A stretch of 63,179 nt of DNA from assembly GCA_949841325.1 (NCBI GenBank), contig CATKZK010000004.1:1-63179 (forward strand), in the 5' to 3' direction. The number at the start of each line of letters is the position of its first letter. Within the stretch, counting starts at the first letter, position 1. The DNA comes from an uncultured Bacilli bacterium (GTDB lineage: Bacteria > Bacillota_I > Bacilli_A > RF39 > UBA660). A program made the translations under genes and the position numbers. Below the pieces are notes generated by a model. It saw only the letters and a program-made list of their open reading frames with translations. It was not told the origin of the DNA and ran no database searches. Shown one piece after another: positions 7,607-19,272 of the stretch.

Positions 7607-8812
7607 TTACTTTCTCATTCTTCTTTTTTTCCTATTATGTTTTCTTCTCTTTTGAATATATAAAACAAGTATTAAGATTACTATAAGGATATATCCATAT
7701 TTTTTTACTACTTTTTTCCAAGAAATTTTTAAGTCTTCTTTTAAGAATAATTCTTCTTCTTTTATCAATTCACCATTATAAAAATATTTGATAGAGCCTA
7801 ATTTAGATTGCTCTTTATCACGAAATGACAATTTTTCTTTGCCATTATACTGGTAATCAAATAAGCTATTATCAAAATCCTTTGGTAAATATTTCGTAAT
7901 GTTTTCATTTGGGTGGACTTTATACATATCAGTTTTTGAAAGAGATACAGGAAGTTCAATAATAGTGTCCTCTGTTGTCATGAGATTTTGATTTTGAAAA
8001 TGCGAATCAAGAAACTGAGTGAGTGCAAGTGCATCTTTTAAATTGTAAAAATTTCCATAGACATAAGGAGCTCCCATTGTGATGATGAGTACTTCATGTC
8101 CGTTTGTAGATATCAAGGCTGCAATACATACCCCAGCTTTAGAAGTATATCCAGTCTTACTTCCTAGAATTCTTGAAGTATCTAGATTCATAAGACGATT
8201 ATACACTTTAATTGTAGCATTGATTGTTTTCCCATTCGCTAGAGTATATTCTTTCGTACAATATATTTCTTTAAATGTCGGATTTTGTAAAGCATATTTT
8301 AAGATGAGTAATACATCAGACGCTGTACTATAGTGATTTTCTATATCAAGTCCTGTAACGTTTACAAAGTGTGTATTTTTAGCTCCTATTTTTTCTGCAA
8401 GCGTATTCATTTTTTCAACAAAAGCAGCAATGCCATTAGAACTTGTAAACGCTAATGCTTGGGTAGCATCTGCTCCTGAAGGCAAAATAGAGGCATAGAG
8501 TAAATCACGTGCCGAGAAAGTTTCTCCAATGTTTAACCCTGCAACAGAGGCATCATAAGGGATACCTGCAAGCATGTCACTAGTAATCGTAACTTCTTTT
8601 TCTAAATCAGGAATTTCTTCAATTGCCGTGATAGTTGTCATTATTTTAGTTAGAGAAGCAATATTTGCTCTTTCATCACTATTCTTTTCTAATAGAAGTT
8701 TATCTTCTGTTAAATCATAGAGTAATACTTTGTCCGAATAAGTGTCTGGCAAGGCAATCGCACTTACAGATATGGGAATTAAACATAAAATGAATAAGAC
8801 TATTTTTTTCAT
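7607..8812 (-). CDS. D-alanyl-D-alanine carboxypeptidase (peptidase S11, low-MW PBP)
   Basis: SLTK (SxxK), SGA, KTG motifs; signal peptide; C-terminal TM anchor. Confidence 0.9.
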   Translation of the reverse strand: MKKIVLFILCLIPISVSAIALPDTYSDKVLLYDLTEDKLLLEKNSDERANIASLTKIMTTITAIEEIPDLEKEVTITSDMLAGIPYDASVAGLNIGETFSARDLLYASILPSGADATQALAFTSSNGIAAFVEKMNTLAEKIGAKNTHFVNVTGLDIENHYSTASDVLLILKYALQNPTFKEIYCTKEYTLANGKTINATIKVYNRLMNLDTSRILGSKTGYTSKAGVCIAALISTNGHEVLIITMGAPYVYGNFYNLKDALALTQFLDSHFQNQNLMTTEDTIIELPVSLSKTDMYKVHPNENITKYLPKDFDNSLFDYQYNGKEKLSFRDKEQSKLGSIKYFYNGELIKEEELFLKEDLKISWKKVVKKYGYILIVILILVLYIQKRRKHNRKKRRMRK

Positions 8813-8932
8813 AGTACAACCTCTTTTTTTCTAAAACTATTGTATCAAAAATAAAGAATATTTTAAATAGGAGAAGTATAAGAAATTCTTTCTATTGTGA
8901 TATAATGTATGTATGACCCGAGGAGGCAGTAT

Positions 8933-11320
8933 ATGGACTTTTTGAAAACGTTAGAAGAGAATGCACTTTTACTTGTAAGTCAGGATATGAAAGAACCTAT
9001 TCTTCATTATATCCATGAAGAACATTTATTAGTAAACATTAAGTTTATTTCTTTTCAAGAATTAAAGAAGGGACTTCTTTTTGATTATACAAATGAAACT
9101 ATATATGAAGTGATGAAGTATTATCATGCGTCTTATGGTGTAGCAAAAAATTGGATTGAAAATCTTTATTATATCGAAGATAAAGTCTATGATAATGAAA
9201 AACTTTCCTTTTTAAAAGAAATAAAAAATTATCTTCAAGAAAAAGAGTTATTAAAAAAAGATCTTCTTTTTCCTTCTTTTTTAAAAAGTAGAAGTAAATT
9301 ATATCTTTATGGTTTTCATTCTTTTGATCCTTTCCAAAAGTACCTATTGAGTTTAGCTCATTCTTTAGTTACAGTAGAGCCTTTAGAGATGAAATCATTC
9401 TCTCATGAACATGATGTTCATTTGTTTTCAACACTTGAAAAGGAAGTCGTTTATGTTGCCGATAAAATTGCTACTCTTCTAATAGAGGGAATTCCTTTAA
9501 ATAAAATATATCTAGTTCAATATCCAGAGGAATATACATTCACGATTCATCGTATTTTTAAAGCCTATGGTATACCCTTTAGTGGTAATCATCATCCTAC
9601 CCTTTATCATACAGCAATCGGTACATATTTTTTAAATCATTTAGAGGAAAATATGGATTCTCTTCTATATAAAATAAAAAAGCATTTCAAGATAAGTGAG
9701 AATCCTTATAACGAAAAAGTCTATAATATCCTTGTTAATCTTGTAAATACTTATTATTGGTGTGATTCCTTTCTTGAAGTTCGTGAAATGTTGGAACAAG
9801 AAATGCGTCAGAAGAAATTGAATATATCTCATTCTATACACGAATTAAAAAAGACTTCCTTTTTAAATCATGTCTTTTCATCTGATGAATATATTTTCCT
9901 ATTAGGATTTAATTTGGATGAAGTGCCTAAAATGAAAAGAGATGAAGACTATCTGTCAGATGATGAAAAAACGAACATTATGGAAACAAGTGTTGCCTAT
10001 AATAAGCGAGTAAAGGAATCTTGGATAAGTGCTTTAAAAAATACGGCAAATGTTACCATTACTTTAAAAGAAAAAAGTTCCTTTTCTTCTTACTTTCCCA
10101 GTTTATTAATAGAACAGGATTTTCTTCATTTAAAGAAATTACCATTTGAAATGGCTTCCCACTCTCATAAAATAAACAGGGAATGGTATGCGAAAAGACT
10201 TGATCGCTTTTTAAAATTTAATGAGTATAGTCATGAACTTGAAATGAGTAACCAATTATATAAGATTCCTTATCGAACTTATCAAAATAAATTTACAGGA
10301 ATTGATGAGAATAGGATTCAAACTTTCTTAAATGGACAGATTGCATTTTCTTATACTAACATTTCAACGTATTATGAGTGCCCCTTTAAATTTTATTTAA
10401 AGTACGTTTTAAGAATTGATTCTTTCGAACAGACAATCTATACCTTCATAGGAACCTTATTTCATCACTGTTTAGAAAGATGTTTAGATTCTCATCTTTC
10501 TGTAGATGAGGTTTATGATGCCTATGTAAAAGAACAAATGACTGGAAAACAGGAAACTTATGAAGAACAATTCTTCTTAGCTTTTTTAAAAAAAGAAATA
10601 AAGTTTATTATTGAAAGTATTCGGCTACAATACACACATTCATCTCATACAGAATCATGGCATGAAAAGGAAATTACCATACCTATGAAGAGAAAAATTG
10701 AAACTACTTTAAAAGGATATGTTGATAATGTATTAGTTTTAAACAATAAAGTACTTATTATCGATTATAAAACAGGACATATAGAAATGGATCCTGCATT
10801 ATTTCCTTTTGGTATTGGCATTCAATTGCCTATTTACTTGTATTTACTTACCTGTATTGATAAAAATACGGAAGTAGTAGGCATGTACCTTCAACATATT
10901 TTAGATTTGAATGAGGAGTATCAACCCAAAAAAGATCTATTAGAAGAAAAACGCAAGAAACTTCGATTAGATGGAATTACCTTTGCCAATATGGAAGATA
11001 TCAAACTTTTTGATGAAACTTATGAGGCTTCTGAAGTGATTAAGTCTTTAGGTGTCACTAAGAAGGGAGAATTTAAGAAGAGTAAAAAAGTCATTGCTCT
11101 TTCTGAAAGAGAAAACCTTAGTGAAATGATGGAGAACTTAATTATACAGTGTATTGATCGTGTATCTTCTGGAGACTTTTCTATTGCACCTATAAAAATT
11201 GAAAAAAAAGCCGATGGATGTGCCTATTGCAAATTTAAAGATATTTGTTATGTCAGAGAAAAAGATTTTCATCGTGAAGAACTTGTAGAGGATAGAAAAG
11301 AAGGTGATGATTTTGAGTAA
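8933..11320 (+). CDS. addB: AddB/RexB-like PD-(D/E)xK nuclease subunit
   Basis: YYECPFKFY, IIDYKTG, QLPIY and C-terminal CAYCKFKDIC Fe-S cysteines; overlaps addA; start set by RBS GAGGAGG. Confidence 0.8.
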   Translation: MDFLKTLEENALLLVSQDMKEPILHYIHEEHLLVNIKFISFQELKKGLLFDYTNETIYEVMKYYHASYGVAKNWIENLYYIEDKVYDNEKLSFLKEIKNYLQEKELLKKDLLFPSFLKSRSKLYLYGFHSFDPFQKYLLSLAHSLVTVEPLEMKSFSHEHDVHLFSTLEKEVVYVADKIATLLIEGIPLNKIYLVQYPEEYTFTIHRIFKAYGIPFSGNHHPTLYHTAIGTYFLNHLEENMDSLLYKIKKHFKISENPYNEKVYNILVNLVNTYYWCDSFLEVREMLEQEMRQKKLNISHSIHELKKTSFLNHVFSSDEYIFLLGFNLDEVPKMKRDEDYLSDDEKTNIMETSVAYNKRVKESWISALKNTANVTITLKEKSSFSSYFPSLLIEQDFLHLKKLPFEMASHSHKINREWYAKRLDRFLKFNEYSHELEMSNQLYKIPYRTYQNKFTGIDENRIQTFLNGQIAFSYTNISTYYECPFKFYLKYVLRIDSFEQTIYTFIGTLFHHCLERCLDSHLSVDEVYDAYVKEQMTGKQETYEEQFFLAFLKKEIKFIIESIRLQYTHSSHTESWHEKEITIPMKRKIETTLKGYVDNVLVLNNKVLIIDYKTGHIEMDPALFPFGIGIQLPIYLYLLTCIDKNTEVVGMYLQHILDLNEEYQPKKDLLEEKRKKLRLDGITFANMEDIKLFDETYEASEVIKSLGVTKKGEFKKSKKVIALSERENLSEMMENLIIQCIDRVSSGDFSIAPIKIEKKADGCAYCKFKDICYVREKDFHREELVEDRKEGDDFE

Positions 11321-14300
11321 TTTAACTTTAGAACAACAACTCGCAGTAGATAAAAAAGATACGAATATTATTGTTTCAGCAGGTGCAGGATCTGGAAAGA
11401 CGACGGTTTTAAAAACTCGTGTACTACGTGAATTAAAGGAAGGAATTTCTATTTCTAATCTAATTCTTTTGACTTTCACTAATAATGCAGCAGCAGAAAT
11501 GAAGAAACGTATTAGAGATGCTATGATGGAGGAAAAAGAGTTAAAAGAGGAAGTTGAAAAAATTGATTCTGCATATATTACAACTTTTGATTCTTTTGCG
11601 CAAAGTATTGTAAAAAAATATCATTATTTACTACATATTGATAAAAACTTTTCTATTATTGATTCTTCTCTTTTACAAATGGAAATGAAAAGAATATTGG
11701 ATGAAATATTTGAAGAATATTATGCTAAAAATGATGAAGATTTTAATGCACTTATTCTGCATTTCTGTATTAAAGATGATAAAGCGATTCGGAAAAGTAT
11801 TGTTGAAATCATGCATCTTTTAAACAATCGAATTGAAAAAGAAAAGTATCTCATGCATTACCTTGAAAATGCTTACCATGAATCATTTATTCAAGAAACT
11901 TTTGCGATATATGAAGAGTTATTGTTTGAAAAAAGAGATGAAATTATCACTTTACTAGATGAGTTAAATGAGGAAACAAATGATTCAGAAAAAGCGGTTA
12001 AAAACGATTTAATGTCGGCTAATCTTAAAGAAGCTACGACCTATGATGAATTAAGAGATTCTCTTGACTTTTCTTTAGCTTCAAATCGAAATCATTTATA
12101 TAGTGAAGAAGGAGCGAAAATAAAGGATGCGATAGGAAAAGAACTAACATCTTTAAAAAAGCAGATGCTCGATGATAAAAAAACAATCATCCATCATTAT
12201 AAGGAAACAGAAAAATATGCTAAAGTATTAGTTGATATTTTACTTATTTTTGATAAACGTTTAATGGAATTTAAAAGGGGGTATAATGCCTATACTTTTA
12301 ATGATATTGCTTTTTTTGCAATTGAATTAGTTCGTGATTATCCTAATGTTAGACAAGAATTAAAAGAGAATACTTTTGAAATTATGATTGATGAATATCA
12401 AGATACGAGTGATATTCAAGAAACGTTTATCTCATATATTGAAAATAATAATGTCTATATGGTAGGAGATATTAAACAATCCATTTATCGATTCCGAAAT
12501 GCTAATCCATATTTATTTAAAAAGAAATATGATGCATATAAAGAGAATAAAGGTGGATTTAAAATTGATTTAAATAAAAACTTCCGTTCTAGAGAAGATG
12601 TAGTTGCTAATATTAATTTGATTTTTAATCGAATCATGAAAGATGAGATTGGTGGAGCAAAGTATAAGGAAGAGCACCAAATGATTTTTGGAAATATATC
12701 GTATTCTTCTGTAAAAGAGAAACAAGACTATGACATGGAAGTTCTTCATTATACAAATGAAACGGAGCATTTTAATGAATTAGAAATTGAAGCATTTGCA
12801 ATCGCTAAAGATATAGAAAAGCGAGTAAAAGATGAGCAAGTTACTTACTTTAACGAAGGAAGTATGCAGTTGCGTCCAACAGAATATCGGGATTTTGCTA
12901 TTTTGATTGATCGAAGTAGTCATTTTGAATTATTTAAAAAAATTCTAGAGAGTAAGGGAATTCCCGTTACGATTGAAAAAGACATTAGTATAAAAGAAGA
13001 AGATGAACTTTATCTATTAAAGAATATGGTACTTTTACTTATTAAAATAAAAGAAGAAAAATATGATAATGAATTTAAGCATGCCTATCTTTCTATTGCA
13101 AGGTCTTATCTTATGTGTATGAGTGATGAAGAACTCTTTTCTATTATCACAGAAAAGACATGGAAAGAAACAGAACTCTTTAGAAAAATTTTAGAGGTTA
13201 TTCCTTATTTAGATTCATCTTCAAATAGAGAGATATTATATCGCTTATTGGAAGAGTTTGATATTTTTAATAAGATGATTTTAGTGGGGGATGTTGAGGA
13301 GAGAACAAGCAAACTTGAGTATTTTCTTCAAAGTATGGATCAATTAAACGATTTTGGTTTGGACATTTATGCTTTAAAAGATTATTTTGATGTGGTTTTA
13401 AATGGTGATTATGAAATGAAAATGTCTTCATTAAAATCATCAGGAAATGCCGTGTTAATTACAACGATTCATAAGTCAAAAGGTCTTGAATATCCTTATG
13501 TATATTTACCAGATTTAAATCATAGTTTTCAAAATAATGGCTCAAAAAATTTAATTCAATATGCGCCTTCTTTAGGATTTTTAATTCCTTTTTATGATAA
13601 TGGAAAGGGCGATACTTATTTGAAAAGTGTCTTTAAAGCTGAAGAGAAAAAAGAAGAACTTTCAGAAAAAATTCGCTTATTTTACGTGGCTTTAACGCGT
13701 GCAAAAGAAAAAATAATTCTGCTTACTTCTTTTGATAAAGAAAAAGAGTATGAATTGAGGAAAGCAAAGTCAATGAATGATTTATTGGGTGTTTTGAAGC
13801 ATGATTTAAATCCTTTTATGAGAGAATTAGAGTTAGATACACTTTCTTTATCAAAAGACTATCAGATGGTAAAGGCGACAAATTACCAAGAGTTGATTCA
13901 AAAAACGCCTGATCATTACCCTGTTACAGAAATTCAAGTAGAAGAGAAACTAGTAGATCATTTTCATTTTTCTAAACCTCTCTCAAAGCGAATGGATAAG
14001 GAATTAAAGTCGCGATTAGACTTTGGAACAATGATGCATACTGTTTTTGAAATTGTCGATTTTAAAAATCCAAATGTTTCAGACTTACCAATTGGTAATG
14101 ACTTGAAAGAATGTGTTCAAAAATTTTTAAGTCATGAGGAAGTGAAAGAAATAAAGAAGGCTACTATTAGAAAAGAATATGAAATTTATTATACGAGTGA
14201 AAAAGGAATCTTTCATGGGTTCATTGATTTGTTACTCGAATATGAAGATCATTTTGATATCATTGATTATAAGTTATCGAATGTGAATAGTAGTGAATAT

Positions 14301-14408
14301 GAGGCTCAGTTAAATGGATATAAAGAGTATATTGAAAAACAGTTTCATAAGCCAGTTCATCTTTATTTGTATTCGATAAAAAAAGATTTTTTTAAGAAAA
14401 TTTGTTAA
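11304..14408 (+). CDS. addA: AddA/RexA-like UvrD helicase-nuclease
   Basis: AGAGSGKT, DEYQD, VGDIKQSIYRFR, TIHKSKGLE, YVALTRA and C-terminal IIDYK nuclease. Confidence 0.88.
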   Translation: MMILSNLTLEQQLAVDKKDTNIIVSAGAGSGKTTVLKTRVLRELKEGISISNLILLTFTNNAAAEMKKRIRDAMMEEKELKEEVEKIDSAYITTFDSFAQSIVKKYHYLLHIDKNFSIIDSSLLQMEMKRILDEIFEEYYAKNDEDFNALILHFCIKDDKAIRKSIVEIMHLLNNRIEKEKYLMHYLENAYHESFIQETFAIYEELLFEKRDEIITLLDELNEETNDSEKAVKNDLMSANLKEATTYDELRDSLDFSLASNRNHLYSEEGAKIKDAIGKELTSLKKQMLDDKKTIIHHYKETEKYAKVLVDILLIFDKRLMEFKRGYNAYTFNDIAFFAIELVRDYPNVRQELKENTFEIMIDEYQDTSDIQETFISYIENNNVYMVGDIKQSIYRFRNANPYLFKKKYDAYKENKGGFKIDLNKNFRSREDVVANINLIFNRIMKDEIGGAKYKEEHQMIFGNISYSSVKEKQDYDMEVLHYTNETEHFNELEIEAFAIAKDIEKRVKDEQVTYFNEGSMQLRPTEYRDFAILIDRSSHFELFKKILESKGIPVTIEKDISIKEEDELYLLKNMVLLLIKIKEEKYDNEFKHAYLSIARSYLMCMSDEELFSIITEKTWKETELFRKILEVIPYLDSSSNREILYRLLEEFDIFNKMILVGDVEERTSKLEYFLQSMDQLNDFGLDIYALKDYFDVVLNGDYEMKMSSLKSSGNAVLITTIHKSKGLEYPYVYLPDLNHSFQNNGSKNLIQYAPSLGFLIPFYDNGKGDTYLKSVFKAEEKKEELSEKIRLFYVALTRAKEKIILLTSFDKEKEYELRKAKSMNDLLGVLKHDLNPFMRELELDTLSLSKDYQMVKATNYQELIQKTPDHYPVTEIQVEEKLVDHFHFSKPLSKRMDKELKSRLDFGTMMHTVFEIVDFKNPNVSDLPIGNDLKECVQKFLSHEEVKEIKKATIRKEYEIYYTSEKGIFHGFIDLLLEYEDHFDIIDYKLSNVNSSEYEAQLNGYKEYIEKQFHKPVHLYLYSIKKDFFKKIC

Positions 14409-14460
14409 AAAGGAGTAATTCTTCTTTTTTTTGTGTATATAACTTGTAGGAGGTGATATT

Positions 14461-15849
14461 TTGAACGATCTTTTTAGCATCCAAAATAAACGATTAGATG
14501 ATACGTAAATAGAGGCTATTCAAAGTGATAGCTTATCCACTTTAGTGGTAGCAGGAGCAGGATCTGGAAAAACATTCACCATAATGGGAAAAGTTAAATA
14601 TCTGATTGAGAAAGAAGGCTATAAGGAAGATGAAATTTTATGTATTTCTTTTACAAATGAAACAGTTAAAAATTTATATGAAAAACTTTTGGAGCTTGGA
14701 TATGAAATTGAAGTAAAAACTTTTCATAAATTAGGCTTGAAGTTTTTAGAAGGGGAAAACTATACGATTGTAGAAGATTCTTATTTAGGTTACATTATAG
14801 ATGAATATGTTCGCTCATTTATTCAATATGACAAGAAGAGAGTACGTCTTTTTAAAAATATTTTATATACAGAAAAATCATTTTCAAATCTTTTAAAAAG
14901 CCAAGAGTATAAGAATTTAAAGAAAACAATGATGAATTTTATTAAGTTGGCTAAGAGTAATCACTTCACTATTCGAGATATTTATGATGTTTATAAAAGA
15001 AGCTGGTTTAATGAAAAATCACTACTAAAGAATATTTTAGATGTTTATATGATTTATGAAAGAGAGTTAGAATCCTCTTTGAAAATTGACTTTGATGATA
15101 TGATTACAAAGGCAATAGAAAACGTTAGAATTACTGATATGCGATATAAATATATTATTATAGATGAGTTTCAGGATACTTCGATGATTCGCTATGAACT
15201 GATTCAAGAAATTGTAAAATATACCAATTCGCGTGTTTTTGTTGTTGGTGATGATTGGCAATCTATTTATCGATTTAGTGGATGTAATTTAAAACTCTTT
15301 CTTCATTTTAATCAGTATTTTAAAGAGAGTAAATATTTCTATTTAAAGTATACTTATCGAAACAGTAACGAGTTGATTCATGTATCATCTCAGTTTATTA
15401 TGCAAAATAGAAAACAATTAAAAAAAAGTATTCTTTCACAGAAGAATTTAACAAAACCCATTGTTATTCTTTTTTCTTATACAGTTTCTGAAATACTTTC
15501 CCTTATTCAAGGGGAAGAAATCTTAATATTAGGCCGAAATAATGCTGATATTGCTTCTGTTGATTGGGAAAACAAGCTTACCATTCATCGATCTAAAGGA
15601 TTAGAGGAAAAAAATGTTATTTTAGTTAATTCAGATTCGATTCCCAATGTCATGCAGCAAGAAAGAATCATGCGTCATGTTTTAAAAGACAACGATTATA
15701 TTTTATACGAAGAGGAAAGAAGACTTTTTTATGTCGCATTGACAAGAACAAAAGAACGAATCTTTATTCAGGTTAATAGAAAGATAAGTCCTTTTGTCAA
15801 AGAATTGATGCGAGATTATAGGCAATATGTTACTGTATTAAAAAAGTAG
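14461..15849 (+). pseudogene. UvrD/HelD-like superfamily 1 helicase with in-frame TAA at 14506-14508
   Basis: RBS AGGAGGTG plus TTG 14461 in frame with ORF 14545; LDDT*IEAI where the Q-motif Gln is expected; AGAGSGKT, DEFQD, YVALTR. Confidence 0.75.
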
Positions 15850-15865
15850 AGAATCTTCTCTACTC

Positions 15866-16408
15866 TTAGTAATTTTCTGCTTTAACTTCAAAATAAGCTT
15901 GAGGATGAGCACATACTGGACAAACATCAGGTGCTTGTTTTCCAATAACGATGTGACCACAATTGCGGCATTTCCAAATGGTATCTCCATCTTTTGAGAA
16001 AACGAGGCCACCTTCGATATTTTCAATTAATTTACGATATCTTTCTTCGTGTTCTTTTTCAATAGCCCCAACACTTTCAAATAAAAATGCTAAACGTTCA
16101 AAACCTTCTTCGCGAGCTGTCTTAGCAAATTCATCATACATGTCGGTCCACTCAAAATTTTCTCCTTCAGCAGCGGCATTTAAGTTATCAAGAGTAGACG
16201 GAATTTCTCCTCCATTTAACTCTTTGAACCACATTTTTGCATGTTCTTTTTCATTATCTGCAGTTTCTAAGAAAATGGCAGCAATTTGTTCGTATCCTTC
16301 TTTTTTTGCCTTACTAGCAAAATAAGTATATTTATTTCTTGCTTGGCTTTCACCAGCAAAAGCAGTCATTAAATTCTGCTCAGTTTTTGTTCCTTTATAA
16401 TTTTCCAT
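15866..16408 (-). CDS. rbr: Rubrerythrin
   Basis: [21 protein letters not shown] diiron motifs; C-terminal CRNCG…CPVC rubredoxin-like domain. Confidence 0.95.
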   Translation of the reverse strand: MENYKGTKTEQNLMTAFAGESQARNKYTYFASKAKKEGYEQIAAIFLETADNEKEHAKMWFKELNGGEIPSTLDNLNAAAEGENFEWTDMYDEFAKTAREEGFERLAFLFESVGAIEKEHEERYRKLIENIEGGLVFSKDGDTIWKCRNCGHIVIGKQAPDVCPVCAHPQAYFEVKAENY

Positions 16409-16484
16409 TTTTTTTACTTCCTTTCCATTTCCATTTTACCTGTTTTTTTGACAATTTTCAACAATAATGATTTCAGGAGGGTTT

Positions 16485-16763
16485 ATGAAAAACTACACTT
16501 ATGATAATTTTAACCAAGATGTTGCTAAATATATTGAACTTAATTTGCTTCCTCATCTTTTAGCGTTTAGTTTTGCCATGCTTTACTCACATCACATGCT
16601 AGAGGAAGAAAGTTTTGATAGATACTATAATTCTATTCGCAGTCTAGTGAATGTCATTGGGGAAAATAAAGCACTTGTTCAAACAATTATGAAGCAAATC
16701 CTTATAGATAAGTATAGACTTAAATGTGTTTCTATTTCACCGCTTAAGTTTAAAAAAATCTAA
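16485..16763 (+). CDS. Hypothetical protein
   Basis: ORF with RBS AGGAGG before ATG 16485. Confidence 0.55.
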   Translation: MKNYTYDNFNQDVAKYIELNLLPHLLAFSFAMLYSHHMLEEESFDRYYNSIRSLVNVIGENKALVQTIMKQILIDKYRLKCVSISPLKFKKI

Positions 16764-17382
16764 GTTTTTTGATATTTCCTTCTCGTTTACTTGGTTTAAA
16801 GGCATCTAATTTTATCTCGATTCCATATTGAAGCATATTGAAGTAATATTCTAAAGTGTTATCTCCAAGTCCATCGAGAATATAGAAAAGTTCTCTTGGG
16901 AGAATAGGATCTTCCTCCATGGGTGTATACGTAAAAAAATCATTTTTGTCTACTTTTTGATAACCAAATAACTCACAGTGTTTGCGAGCAAACATTCCTG
17001 AGAAGAAGCGCCTTTTAATCTCCTTTATTTCTGTATATCCTAAATATTCACAATAATCAAAGAAAGCAAGTAATCTTTCTAGAGAATAGGCTCCTTTAAT
17101 AATAAATGGGTACCTCTCTAGTTCTGTATATAAAGTTTCATCATCTGTTATATTAATAACGGGATAATGTGGGGACTTATAGATTAAATCAATTGCCTTA
17201 TTCTCTTTATCAAGAGTAAATAAAATGCTTCTAGAGGTTTGATAGTTTCCTACATGTAACTGTTCAGGTTCTGTTCTAAAGTAATTGTCATCACCTAAGT
17301 ATCTATAAATACTTCTTAGAGTAGTTGAAACGACTTCTCCAATATAGAGGTCATTTCTTTTTATCGTGTATTCTTTTTTCAT
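16750..17382 (-). CDS. Hypothetical protein
   Basis: 210-aa ORF with RBS AAAGGAG. Confidence 0.6.
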   Translation of the reverse strand: MKKEYTIKRNDLYIGEVVSTTLRSIYRYLGDDNYFRTEPEQLHVGNYQTSRSILFTLDKENKAIDLIYKSPHYPVINITDDETLYTELERYPFIIKGAYSLERLLAFFDYCEYLGYTEIKEIKRRFFSGMFARKHCELFGYQKVDKNDFFTYTPMEEDPILPRELFYILDGLGDNTLEYYFNMLQYGIEIKLDAFKPSKREGNIKKLRFF

Positions 17383-17516
17383 ACTGTCTCCTTTGTCAAG
17401 CCCTTTTATCTTAGCATATTGAAAAAGAGTTGTCTATTCTAATTTTTAAATTATTCTATTCTTAACAAAAAGTGATTCAAATGATATACTATACTTAACA
17501 GAAAGTGGGGATAACA

Positions 17517-18404
17517 ATGTATGATGTGATTATTGTTGGCGCAGGAATGGCCGGATTAACAGCTGGCATATATGCAGCACGTGGTAAAATGAAAGTGTTA
17601 ATTCTAGAAAAAAATGTTTATGGAGGACAGATTATTAATTCTCCTCATGTTGAAAATTATCCTGGATATTCAGATATTTCTGGAGTGTCTTTAGCAAAAG
17701 AATTTTATGATCAAGCCCTTTCTTTAGGTTGTGAAATATCTTATGAAACGGTAAAGAGTATTGAATCTCATGTGGTAAAAACGGACAAAAATACATATCA
17801 GACAAAAACAATTATTTTAGCAACAGGACTTCAAAGACGAAAACTTGGTATCCCTAAAGAAGCGTCTTATATAGGAAGAGGACTTTCTTACTGTGCCACT
17901 TGTGATGGACGCTTTTTTAAAGATAAAACAGTTGCAGTCGTTGGCGGAGGAAATACAGCATTAGAAGATATTCTTTATTTAAGTCACCTTGCAACAAAAG
18001 TCTACGTCATTTTGCGTAGCAATCAATTTAGAGGAGATAAGATTTTAGTTGAAAGAGTAAAACATTGTCCAAATGTTCAAATAGTAAAAGAAACAGTTGT
18101 GAAAGAGATTATAGGGGATTCTCAAATTGAGGCGATTAAAGTATTTTCAAATCAAGAAGATAAGACTATTGAAGTTCAAGGACTTTTTGTCGCGATTGGT
18201 TTAATTCCCGATCATGCTTTTTTAGATTCCTTTATTGATTTAGATGAGAGTGGATTTATAAAATCGAGTGACTGTACAACGAATATTCCCAATATCTTTG
18301 TAGCAGGTGATGCAAGAACAAAGAACTTAAGACAGATTATTACAGCAGCAAGTGATGGGGCGATTGCCGCCATGAAAGCGATTGAATATCTTCATAAGAA
18401 TTAG
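17517..18404 (+). CDS. trxB: Thioredoxin reductase
   Basis: GAGMAG FAD motif, CATC, GGGNTA, AGD…RQIITAASDG. Confidence 0.93.
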   Translation: MYDVIIVGAGMAGLTAGIYAARGKMKVLILEKNVYGGQIINSPHVENYPGYSDISGVSLAKEFYDQALSLGCEISYETVKSIESHVVKTDKNTYQTKTIILATGLQRRKLGIPKEASYIGRGLSYCATCDGRFFKDKTVAVVGGGNTALEDILYLSHLATKVYVILRSNQFRGDKILVERVKHCPNVQIVKETVVKEIIGDSQIEAIKVFSNQEDKTIEVQGLFVAIGLIPDHAFLDSFIDLDESGFIKSSDCTTNIPNIFVAGDARTKNLRQIITAASDGAIAAMKAIEYLHKN

Positions 18405-18449
18405 AGTCGAAGTTGCTATTTTTAAGGAATTGTATTAAAATGAAGTTAG

Positions 18450-19271
18450 GTGAACATTATGAGTAGTACAAAAAGTTTTAAATATATGTTAATTCTAATT
18501 GGACTTTTACTAATAGGTTTTGTATTCTATAGTAAGTCTAATAACCAAATAAGGAAAGTGCAATATTCTAATTTATTAAGCACGGTAAAAAGTAATGATT
18601 ATTCTATTGTCTATTTTGGAACACTTATGGAAAGTCGTGAAAGGGCGATTCGAGAGACAATCGATGATGATCGAATTCATTTATATCAGACGATAACAAC
18701 ATTAGATGAATTAAATATTTTACTTCGTCAATATGATTTATCTTCTACAAAAGAGAATATCTTTGTATTGTTTATTGGTGATCAAGTGGTAGGAGTTGTG
18801 AGTGAATTTGAATCACAATATCAATTTTATGGTCAAGTTCGTAAGTATTTTTTTAATGAAATTCCTGCTGAAGAAGTGGCGTATAAAACATTGTCGAAGG
18901 CAGATGATTTCATTAAAAAGTTTAATAGTAAGAGCTATACTGTTTCAGTGTTTGGGTATGAAGGGTGTACACATTGTACTCTGTATTTACCAACCATTAA
19001 TGAAATTGCTCGTGATGAGTTAATTGATATTTATTACTTTGATCGTGATCATTATGATGAAGAAGAGTACAATAAAATAATGCAACTTGACTTTGAAATC
19101 CCTAGCAAATGTACAAAAGATGGCATAGCAACAACAAGTACAGAAGCTTTTCCAAAGCCAATGACTATTATCTCAAAAAAAGGTAAAGTTGTTGATTGTA
19201 TTATGGGAAATGTAAAAAAAGAGGAAGTTCTTCAAATGTTAAAAAAATATAAAATAGTAAAGAGGAAGTAG
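18450..19271 (+). CDS. Membrane-anchored thioredoxin-fold protein
   Basis: N-terminal TM; CTHC followed by a later FPKP cis-Pro-like segment. Confidence 0.65.
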   Translation: MNIMSSTKSFKYMLILIGLLLIGFVFYSKSNNQIRKVQYSNLLSTVKSNDYSIVYFGTLMESRERAIRETIDDDRIHLYQTITTLDELNILLRQYDLSSTKENIFVLFIGDQVVGVVSEFESQYQFYGQVRKYFFNEIPAEEVAYKTLSKADDFIKKFNSKSYTVSVFGYEGCTHCTLYLPTINEIARDELIDIYYFDRDHYDEEEYNKIMQLDFEIPSKCTKDGIATTSTEAFPKPMTIISKKGKVVDCIMGNVKKEEVLQMLKKYKIVKRK

Positions 19272-19272
19272 T

